From Gammaproteobacteria bacterium (GTDB taxonomy: Bacteria; Pseudomonadota; Gammaproteobacteria; Arenicellales; Poriferihabitantaceae): a stretch of 64,000 nt of DNA. Below are positions 8,792 through 15,537 of this stretch, one piece after another. Under the pieces are notes generated by a model. That model saw only the letters and a list, made by a program, of their open reading frames with translations. It had not been told where the DNA came from and did no database searches. The stretch is from contig VYFG01000145.1 of assembly GCA_009842505.1 (NCBI GenBank), forward strand, positions 7,151-71,150, in the 5' to 3' direction. Each line of letters starts with the position of its first letter. The stretch's first letter is position 1. The position numbers were made by a program, and so were the translations under genes.

Positions 8792-9026
8792 AACCATCAA
8801 TGCATCCGACTTCAAGGCCCGCTGCCTTGCCATCCTTGACCGCGTCCATGAGACGGGGGAACGGGTGGTCATTCTGAAGCGCGGGAAACCCGTTGCGGTG
8901 TTGGTTCGTCCAACCGGGGAAGACAAGGCGTTTCCCCAGGCCGAGCTGGCCGGGACGGTCGAGTTGGTCGGAGATGTTGTGGGGCCGGTGTTGCCGGAAG
9001 AATACTGGGACGTCCTGAAACCGTGA
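8787..9026 (+). CDS. Phd/YefM-family type II antitoxin
   Basis: MTTINASDFKARCLAILDRVHETGERVVILKRGKPVAVLV is a typical Phd/YefM N-terminus. It overlaps the downstream PIN toxin by 4 nt (GTGA). An alternative ATG lies at 8772. Confidence 0.8.
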   Translation: MTTINASDFKARCLAILDRVHETGERVVILKRGKPVAVLVRPTGEDKAFPQAELAGTVELVGDVVGPVLPEEYWDVLKP

Positions 9027-9421
9027 AGGCCCTGCTCGATACACACATTCTGCTCTGGCGGCATGAAGACCGGGGCCGGCTGTCCCGTGACCAGCAGGAA
9101 GTGATTGCAGCCGCCGATGCGGATTCGCCGTTGCTGATCTCCGATATCTCCCTGTGGGAAGTGGCCATGCTGCACAGCCTTGGCCGGATTCGCCTCACGA
9201 CTCCCCTGCGGGAGTGGCTGGGGAAGTTGGCGTCACCTCCACTGGTGCGGCGAAATGGAATGTCACCGGCGATCGCGGCCGAGTTGGCCTCGTTGCCCGA
9301 TTCCTTCCATCGTGACCCGGCAGACCGCATCCTGGTTGCCACGGCCCGGGTGCTCGGCGCGACGCTGCTGACCCGGGACCGCAGGATTACGGAAGCGCGA
9401 CTGGTGGACACCCTGGCCTGA
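9023..9421 (+). CDS. vapC: VapC-type PIN-domain toxin
   Basis: 132 aa. LLDTHILLW near the N-terminus (first acidic PIN residue) and DPADRILVATA near the C-terminus. GTG start is coupled to the antitoxin stop. Confidence 0.85.
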   Translation: MKALLDTHILLWRHEDRGRLSRDQQEVIAAADADSPLLISDISLWEVAMLHSLGRIRLTTPLREWLGKLASPPLVRRNGMSPAIAAELASLPDSFHRDPADRILVATARVLGATLLTRDRRITEARLVDTLA

Positions 9422-9477
9422 TTCCGGGGCAGGCGCTGTTGCAGGGGAATCCCGGCTGAACGGTTCCGGGGGTGGGG

Positions 9478-10752
9478 CTAGCAGCCAAGACCCCGGGACA
9501 TCTGGTCATAGCTGGTGAGGGGGACTGCGCACATCCGGTTCCAGTCCGCCTCGCCGATTTCCGGCTGGCGCATCAGTTCGAACATGCCGTCGAACTTGCT
9601 GAGTGCATCGCAGTCCACGGACTCGGGAGCCGCCGCCTTGCGGTGCCGTGGCCAGACGTGGTCACGGGCATGGCGCCAGAACCCGCTGTCGTATTTTGAG
9701 CCAAGGCAGTAGTGCCAGCCGACGAACAGGCCGTAACAGAGCATGTTGTTGACGAGGAACCGGTTGACAATCGGTGCGTCGCGTTCAATATGCTCGATTG
9801 GGCGGTTGAGACGCGTTTGGAGGACCATCCCGATCTGCAACTGGGCGGACACGATGGCCGTTGCCTCGAGGGGTTCCATGAAGGCCGCCGCGTTGCCGAT
9901 GCGGGCCACTGCGCCGTCGTACATATGCCGATGGACGAAATTGGGGAACTGGATGACGGCGCGCTGTTCGAACTCCGGTACGCCATCGGTTGCAAGGAAC
10001 GCATCGAAGTCCGACTCGACTTCGTCAAGGCCGGATACATCGCGGTTGAAGATGTACCCGTAGGATGTGTGTACTTGAAGCGGAATGACGAAAATCCAGC
10101 CGTGCGGGCGCGCAACCGCGCGGGTATAGGTGTGTTGCAGGACCGGTCCGTCCCGATCTTCCCCGAAGATTGCCGGGCAGCGGCGGATGACGGCCGTATT
10201 GGTGGGAATGAATGAAATGTCGATGTGCCGTTCGGGCTGGAGTTCCCTGGGAAATCCGCGGGCATCGAAGACCAGGTCGTAGCGTTCCGGCGCCAGGCCC
10301 TCGAATTCCACTTCCGCGCCGCCGTCCACTCTGGTGATCCCGAGCACTTTCGCGTCGATGTGGCGCGCGCGCGTGCTTTCGTACAGCAGGTCCCCCATCA
10401 GGTCGGCGGACAGGTGATAGGCGTAGGACTCCTTTACCGGCATGAAGTAGTGGGTGAAATCCTGGTCTCTCACCCCCCATCCCTCGAATGCGACCCCGTA
10501 CTTGCGGGTTCCTTTCAGGCGCTGCTGGACGGTATCGTGGGGCAGGTCCGTCAGGTGCTGCAACTGTTGGACCAGGCTCGGCCAGCTGCCTTCACCCACT
10601 CCGATTACCGGGATGCGCGAGTCATAGATGTGGTGCAGTTCGTAGTCCCGGCCGGAGAGAAGGCGAGTTATGCTGGCGGCCGCCAGGGACCCCGCGGTTC
10701 CGCGTCCCACAACCGCGATCTTCTGCAAGGATTTGCTGCCCGGATGGATCAC
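9478..10752 (-). CDS. Flavin-dependent (tryptophan-type) halogenase-like protein
   Basis: FAD fold VVGRGTAGS. IGVGEGSWPSL matches the GVGEATIP region. RKYGVAFEGW keeps the lysine that aligns with the catalytic Lys of PrnA/RebH-type enzymes. GWIFVIPL stands in place of WxWxIP (second Trp is Phe). FMEPLEATA stands in place of FxEPLESTG. GTG start. Confidence 0.7.
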   Translation of the reverse strand: MIHPGSKSLQKIAVVGRGTAGSLAAASITRLLSGRDYELHHIYDSRIPVIGVGEGSWPSLVQQLQHLTDLPHDTVQQRLKGTRKYGVAFEGWGVRDQDFTHYFMPVKESYAYHLSADLMGDLLYESTRARHIDAKVLGITRVDGGAEVEFEGLAPERYDLVFDARGFPRELQPERHIDISFIPTNTAVIRRCPAIFGEDRDGPVLQHTYTRAVARPHGWIFVIPLQVHTSYGYIFNRDVSGLDEVESDFDAFLATDGVPEFEQRAVIQFPNFVHRHMYDGAVARIGNAAAFMEPLEATAIVSAQLQIGMVLQTRLNRPIEHIERDAPIVNRFLVNNMLCYGLFVGWHYCLGSKYDSGFWRHARDHVWPRHRKAAAPESVDCDALSKFDGMFELMRQPEIGEADWNRMCAVPLTSYDQMSRGLGC

Positions 10753-10979
10753 CCTGATTGACTTCCGCAGATGCCGGTCAATTACGCCAGAATGGAAACC
10801 TGGATGTGCCGAATGCCCGGCAACCTGTTGTCATCTTAGCACTATCGCTGAATTTAATCATGGGTCCCAGGCCTGCAATCCGCCGGAAGACTTGTTCGGG
10901 AGGGATTGTAATTTGTTGATTCGGCAGATGAAATCGGCTCATGGGGGGCGACGCCGGACTCCCCCGCCACGGAACGCCA

Positions 10980-11087
10980 TCAGAAACTGTATGTGAATCC
11001 CACACCCAGGAAACTGTCGCGTCGTCCGTCGTAGGTCAGGTCCGTCCGGGAAGGCCGGCGATTGCGGATACCATCGTGTCTGCAGGC
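10980..11087 (-). pseudogene. Possible remnant of an outer-membrane beta-barrel C-terminus
   Basis: Short open frame ending ...DLTYDGRRDSFLGVGFTYSF-stop, with alternating hydrophobic residues and a terminal Phe as in OMP C-terminal strands. No intact upstream ORF; the neighbouring frame carries ...GDLSLQTRWYP.... Confidence 0.2.
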
Positions 11088-11175
11088 TCAGGTCGCCCGA
11101 AACATCAAGCGCCCCGGCATCGGCACCGGCGGCGGCCATGTGGCAGGAGGGCCGCATTTGCGTTTCCGGGCCGCG

Positions 11176-11976
11176 TCAGCGCACGCGTCGCAGTGCCGGT
11201 TTGGTGAATTCGCTTACATCAAGCCCGGTGCGAAACTGGAAATCGGCCCATTGCAGCACCGTGCTCGCACCGGTCAGGTGGTTCACCATCGTTTGTTCTC
11301 CCGCCCGCCAGTACTGGTCCAGGTATTGCCGGTAGTTCTCGAACGTGAGCGTTTTCAGATGCGAGTCCTTTCGGTCGTAAAGCTCCATCTTCCAAGTCCG
11401 AAGCTCGCCGGTATCCTGCCAGACGATCTTGCGGCTGTATCCGGACTTCCTGTCCAGGGGTACCTGCTCAATCACCGTGCATGTGAGCGCCCCGCATGGC
11501 TCGTCGCGAAGATACCTGTAGGCATATTCTTCCACCTCCGAAGAGGTCATGTCCTCGTAGGAAAACTCGCTCCCCATGAATGACCCTGAACGTGACGAGG
11601 CGTTGATGCGCTTTACCCTTTTCAGGGCCGGCAGGTACAGCCACTGGTCGTCCTGTGTGTTGATGTGGGCGTGCGTCAGGAGGGCGGTTCCCTGCACGTC
11701 CCGTGGCTGGTCGAACACGAACAGGCTCCGGTCGCCATCTCCCTGCATCTCCAGCACCTTGAAGCGCATCTGGCGGACACTCTCCCGGCCCTGCCGGTCG
11801 CGCAGTAGCATCCGCATACCGGCGGTGTAATCCCCGAAGCCGTCGTTGCGGACGCTTGATTCACGCGCAATCCGAAGACCCTTGTCCTCCGGAGTTTCCT
11901 CTTCGGCAAGGGCATGTGTACCCGGCAGGCACAAGCATGACAGCGCCAGGGACAGGACGATGACCACGGAATTCAA
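11176..11976 (-). CDS. LolA-like outer membrane lipoprotein-sorting family protein (periplasmic partner typical of COG1033 RND exporters)
   Basis: Signal peptide NSVVIVLSLALSCLCLPGTHA, then LFVFDQPRDVQGTALL, WLYLPALKRVKRI and GSFMGSEFSYEDM, typical of the LolA-like family. The 482-aa track ORF runs antisense across the precursor gene, so I place the start at the TTG at 11976 (uncertain, within about 10 nt). Confidence 0.7.
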   Translation of the reverse strand: MNSVVIVLSLALSCLCLPGTHALAEEETPEDKGLRIARESSVRNDGFGDYTAGMRMLLRDRQGRESVRQMRFKVLEMQGDGDRSLFVFDQPRDVQGTALLTHAHINTQDDQWLYLPALKRVKRINASSRSGSFMGSEFSYEDMTSSEVEEYAYRYLRDEPCGALTCTVIEQVPLDRKSGYSRKIVWQDTGELRTWKMELYDRKDSHLKTLTFENYRQYLDQYWRAGEQTMVNHLTGASTVLQWADFQFRTGLDVSEFTKPALRRVR

Positions 11977-12266
11977 CGGGGCGCCCCGGTGGTGTGGGTA
12001 ACCCTGGATCCTGCTTTGGCAGACATACCTGCTTGCGTTGGTTTCGCGGTCAGGGAGCATCCGCACAGACTCCGTGGTGGACATGAAACATTGTACATTG
12101 GTACCCCGGAAAAGGTGAAGTTGCGGCCTTGCAGGAAATTCCAGACATGATACATTCCCTCTCGGATTCACGGCACTTTGCAGGTCATCCCCGGCACCGG
12201 AAGGGACACGCCACGGGAAATCGATTGCCGGCGCCGATGCACACAAGCCAAGCTTTTTCAGTGTTT

Positions 12267-12306
12267 TGTAAAGTTCTCGTAAATGGTGTGTAAAGGGTTT
12301 GTAAAG
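12267..12306 (+). repeat. Four direct repeats of YGTAAAK phased exactly 11 bp apart, upstream of the precursor promoter
   Basis: TGTAAAG at 12267, CGTAAAT at 12278, TGTAAAG at 12289 and TGTAAAG at 12300. Located in a low-GC intergenic stretch about 25 bp upstream of a TTGACC -35 element. Confidence 0.6.
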
Positions 12307-12330
12307 GATACTTTCAGGCGTCCGGATTTC

Positions 12331-12359
12331 TTGACCATGCCATATCGTCATGTTACGTT
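12331..12359 (+). promoter_or_regulatory. Putative sigma70-type promoter of the NHLP precursor gene
   Basis: TTGACC (12331-12336), a 17-bp spacer, then TACGTT (12354-12359). SD AAAGGGG at 12398-12404 lies 7 nt before the ATG at 12412. Confidence 0.4.
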
Positions 12360-12411
12360 CAGCCGCTATTGTGTCATATATTGTTCGTAACCAAATCAAA
12401 GGGGTACTGCC

Positions 12412-12663
12412 ATGAGAAGTGGTGATGAAATGCTCAAGCAGATTGTTGAGAAGTCCGCCCTCGACACGGATTTCAGACAACAGTTGCGAGAAGATCCGAA
12501 GACTACGATCAGCAACGAACTGGGAATCACGATTCCCGATTCGATGAACATCATAATCCATGAGAGCGACATGCAGACGGTGCATCTCGCCCTGCCACCG
12601 GATCCGAACATTACCGAGGAGCAACTCGAGGCCATCTCAGCTGGTCTTTGCTGCTGCTGGTAA
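12412..12663 (+). CDS. NHLP (nitrile hydratase leader peptide) family RiPP precursor with a 5-residue core LCCCW
   Basis: 83 aa. The leader LKQIVEKSALDTDFRQQLREDPKTTISNELGITIPDSMNIIIHESDMQTVHLALPPDPNITEEQLEAISAG fits the NHLP pattern (...DxxFrxxLxxDPkxxl...G(i/v)x(l/i)P...hLvlPP...eeLEa(v/i)aGG). Only L-C-C-C-W (12646-12660) follows the A-G motif. It has a good SD and its own promoter and terminator. Confidence 0.85.
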   Translation: MRSGDEMLKQIVEKSALDTDFRQQLREDPKTTISNELGITIPDSMNIIIHESDMQTVHLALPPDPNITEEQLEAISAGLCCCW

Positions 12664-12738
12664 GCAAAGCCGCCGGCGTTTAGCCGGCACTCTGCGGAAC
12701 AACCCGGGTCCGCATACGCAAGGATTGTTTGAACCGAC

Positions 12739-12778
12739 CCCCGCCTCCGGCCGGACGCGGGGATTCGTTTGCCTGTTT
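12739..12778. terminator. GC-rich hairpin plus T-rich tail between convergent genes (likely bidirectional terminator)
   Basis: CCCCGCCTCC-GGCC-GGACGCGGGG is a near-perfect palindrome (12739-12762) followed by ATTCGTTTGCCTGTTTG. A second small hairpin, GCCGGC-gttta-GCCGGC, lies at about 12671-12687. Confidence 0.45.
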
Positions 12779-12788
12779 GAGGCTGGAC

Positions 12789-13907
12789 TTAATTGGTGAC
12801 GGCCCCGGATAGCACCATAAAGACGTAGGCCTTGGCTTTTCCAAGCCGGTTTCCGGTGATCACCAGCTTGATGTGGTGAATGCCGCGCAACAGCACAAAA
12901 CGTCCGGACTTCGCAAACAGCATCGTCGGTTTCGAGACCCAGTCCGCAAGCGCCGTCAGCTTCTCCGGAACCACAAGGTCCTCATGGCCCAGGGCATCCA
13001 GGAACGGATCCCAGTCGGTCAGGCCGTCGAGCCAGTAGCGGGAATCCTTTGTGTATCTCTGCTTGACAATGAGGGTAAGGCCGAGCGTCGGGCCGACGCC
13101 CTCTTCCTGCACGTCAATATTCAACCCGGTCCGGACGATATTCACCCGTTCGCGGAAGCGTGCAATCACGGAATCGACCACCGAGATATCCCCCGGCCAA
13201 CCCGTGTTTTCAAGATAGCCGCATGTTTCCCGCGGCGTCTTGAATCCCATGACCGCCAGGCGGATGGCCCGTGAACGGGACGGGAAAACTCCAAACGAAT
13301 CCATGCGCGTATCCCCCGGCTGCGCCAGGTAAGCCTGTTCAACGTGCTTGCGCTGGTCATCACTCATCTCCCAGCCCAGGCAGGAAACGAGCGCGTCAGC
13401 CACCATGCCGACCTCATCCGCCTGGCCGCCGGCGCCGACAATCGGGCGCTCGCCGGGCCTCAGGAACATTCCCGGAAGCGAACATGCACTGTCCTGCGCC
13501 GAACCGATGTCATATTCAAGCATCAGCTTGCGGCCGACGACTTCACGCAGTGGAGAGTGCTCGGATTCCATCTGTCTGAACAGCTGCGAGACCGCCCTGG
13601 CGATCTCGTCCGTCCTGTCGGTCCGGGCACGTTCATGGAAAAAATCCGCCGTTCGGGTCCCGCTCGCCAGGGATACTCCGAAATCCGCTTGCGGGCTTCG
13701 CAGATGAAGCGGCAGTTCAAAGCCGAAGGGAAGGGCACCCATCGTGATGGGAAGCTTCCCGGCGCATACGAGGATGCGCTCCCATTCGGGGTCTCCGATC
13801 AGAATCGGCGAGACCCGGTTCCGGAACTGCCCGAGCAGTTCACCCATGCTGCCGCCTTCTTCGGCAAGACGGTCCTGGGTAAGTATGATTGCCTCGTCAA
13901 TATCCAT
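12789..13907 (-). CDS. Uncharacterised 372-aa protein of the NHLP locus (five beta-hairpin repeats; possible ABBA/PT-barrel-like fold)
   Basis: Coding-like codon usage. Strong SD GAGG 7 nt upstream of the ATG at 13907 (MDIDEAI...); the track's start at 13976 lacks an SD. I recognise no family motif. It has five segments of paired amphipathic strands separated by helical stretches. Confidence 0.7.
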   Translation of the reverse strand: MDIDEAIILTQDRLAEEGGSMGELLGQFRNRVSPILIGDPEWERILVCAGKLPITMGALPFGFELPLHLRSPQADFGVSLASGTRTADFFHERARTDRTDEIARAVSQLFRQMESEHSPLREVVGRKLMLEYDIGSAQDSACSLPGMFLRPGERPIVGAGGQADEVGMVADALVSCLGWEMSDDQRKHVEQAYLAQPGDTRMDSFGVFPSRSRAIRLAVMGFKTPRETCGYLENTGWPGDISVVDSVIARFRERVNIVRTGLNIDVQEEGVGPTLGLTLIVKQRYTKDSRYWLDGLTDWDPFLDALGHEDLVVPEKLTALADWVSKPTMLFAKSGRFVLLRGIHHIKLVITGNRLGKAKAYVFMVLSGAVTN

Positions 13908-14142
13908 ATTTATGCCTCGGGACTGCAGGCGCGGAACCAGGGCTGGCTGCAGGGAACGGGAGCCCGGACAGCCCATGCCGATGGGCGCCGGACCTTCCGG
14001 GAACGGCGCATGGCCGGGATGATCACCCGCGCCCCAGGCATGCCGGCGCAGTGCCGGGTCCGGTCCTGCGCCCGGGGCTCCATGCCCCCGGCATCGGTGG
14101 TCGTGCGGTCATTTCCCGTTTTTGCTTGCGTGTCCAAGTCCT

Positions 14143-15444
14143 TCAGGCTTCCAGGGCCTCGACGAGACGCTCCAGGGCCTCGATGCAAAATGCGGTGGTC
14201 ACGGATTCAGAGCCGTGCCCGATCTGTCCGAACGCGCCCCATCTCAGCGATTGGTCGCCAAACGCGAGCAGTTCCGGCCAGCTGCCGTCTTCACGCTGGG
14301 AACCGATGATCCTTTCCACCTGACGTTTCACGTCGATACTTTCAAGGCGATCAATATTATAGAGTGCCGAGACCGCCTGTGCGGTCTGGAGGAGGTTGCC
14401 GAATTCCCCTTTCCCGCCGCCCAGGTCAAGGATTCGATCCGCAAGTATCGGCCGTAGACTGTCGAGAGCGGGTTCGGCGCACATCATGGCACGGGTTGTT
14501 GCATAGTAGATCGTGACCGTGTCGGGATACCATTTGGACGAGTCCTTGAGCCGGTCTTCAATGATCAGGGCCTCCAGCCATCGTTGGGCGTCCCTGGTTT
14601 CGGGGTGGTCGCCGAGGTAGGCGATGACATTCGCATTGACCACAGGATCGGCTTCGATACGGAAGCTGGACACGACATCGGGTTCGTCTTCCTCCAACAT
14701 CCAGGTCTTGAAACAGCCGTTGTCGTCGCGGTTCGCCAGTATTCGCGGGACATTCCTTCCCAGAAAGACCCAGGGGTGGGACCCGATGACAAGCGAACAG
14801 ACGGTGGTGCTGTCTAGATCCTGGGGAAGGTGGCGGTAGTAGCGCCACAATCCGGGATACTCGATGGTGCTGACGAGATACTTCCTGGTGGCGTCGCACA
14901 GGGCCCTGGCCCGGGCCTCATCGCTGCTTTCCAGGGCAAGCACGCAAAGGGCCGAAATGAACGGAGGCTTTTCGAAATGTCGCGGAATGTCCGGATCGGC
15001 GATATTGAACCTGATGCAGTGCCAGGCCCCGGATTCGTCGACCACGGATTCCAGGAAGGCCAGGCCACGGAGGATGCTTTCCCTGCCCTTTTTGGCAAGT
15101 GCTTTCGGGGTGGCGGCGTGCTTGCGGGCGCGCACCCGTTCGGGAGCGGGCGGGCGCATGGGCGGTGCCGGGTCGTGGAGTGTCCTGCGAAGAAACTCCA
15201 GTGACGTTGCGCCGGCTTTCGCCTCCTTCCGCTCGGCCTCGCTGTATTTGCTGTGCGGCGGGATCACCAAGTGCGTGGCGGAATAGGTTTCTTCGTGCAC
15301 GTGTATCTCATGGTCTTCGTCCAGGGTAACCCCGAAATCCCTTGCGATCGTTTCCTTTGGATTCATGACAAGGCGTGCGCGAAAGTCGCTGTCCTCGGCG
15401 GCTCTTGAAGCAATGCGATCGGTTGCGTCAGCAGGTTTCTTCAT
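14143..15444 (-). CDS. NHLP-type leader (aa 1-78, ending KEAKAG) fused to a ~355-aa prenyltransferase/squalene-cyclase-repeat (alpha/alpha-toroid) domain
   Basis: Residues 1-78 align without gaps to the 78-aa leader of the 12412 precursor, with 24/78 identities by hand count (DxDFR, L, PK, TI, G.T, HE, HL..PP, terminal AG). The downstream domain has QW-type repeats: ERIIGSQREDGSW (canonical), FLESVVDESGAW, ILANRDDNGCF and ILDLGGGKGEF. Confidence 0.8.
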   Translation of the reverse strand: MKKPADATDRIASRAAEDSDFRARLVMNPKETIARDFGVTLDEDHEIHVHEETYSATHLVIPPHSKYSEAERKEAKAGATSLEFLRRTLHDPAPPMRPPAPERVRARKHAATPKALAKKGRESILRGLAFLESVVDESGAWHCIRFNIADPDIPRHFEKPPFISALCVLALESSDEARARALCDATRKYLVSTIEYPGLWRYYRHLPQDLDSTTVCSLVIGSHPWVFLGRNVPRILANRDDNGCFKTWMLEEDEPDVVSSFRIEADPVVNANVIAYLGDHPETRDAQRWLEALIIEDRLKDSSKWYPDTVTIYYATTRAMMCAEPALDSLRPILADRILDLGGGKGEFGNLLQTAQAVSALYNIDRLESIDVKRQVERIIGSQREDGSWPELLAFGDQSLRWGAFGQIGHGSESVTTAFCIEALERLVEALEA

Positions 15445-15537
15445 GGATGGTTTCCATTTGCGCGAGACGTGGTCGGGTGTGGGTCCCCGGCTGCCGGATG
15501 ATGGAACAGGGCCAACCTTCCGACCCGCAATTCCGGG

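Noticed and set aside
11026-11052. AGGTCAGGTCCG...GGAAGG, reminiscent of the SRP (4.5S) RNA domain IV motif
   Set aside because: Only about 12 nt match. The GGAA tetraloop context and the complementary 5'/3' closing helix of 4.5S RNA are absent.
11977-12624. N-terminal extension of the 482-aa ORF (11176-12624, minus strand)
   Set aside because: The extension runs antisense through the well-supported NHLP precursor gene and its promoter, and has no homology signal. The LolA-like domain begins with a signal peptide near 11976, so only the C-terminal ~267 aa are called.
14023-14112. 30-aa ORF (MTARPPMPGAWSPGRRTGPGTAPACLGRG) in the 235-bp gap between the leader-fusion gene and the 372-aa gene; considered as a further precursor
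   Set aside because: It has no similarity to the NHLP leader and no Gly-Gly-type motif. The composition is Pro/Gly/Arg-rich low-complexity sequence expected by chance in GC-rich DNA.
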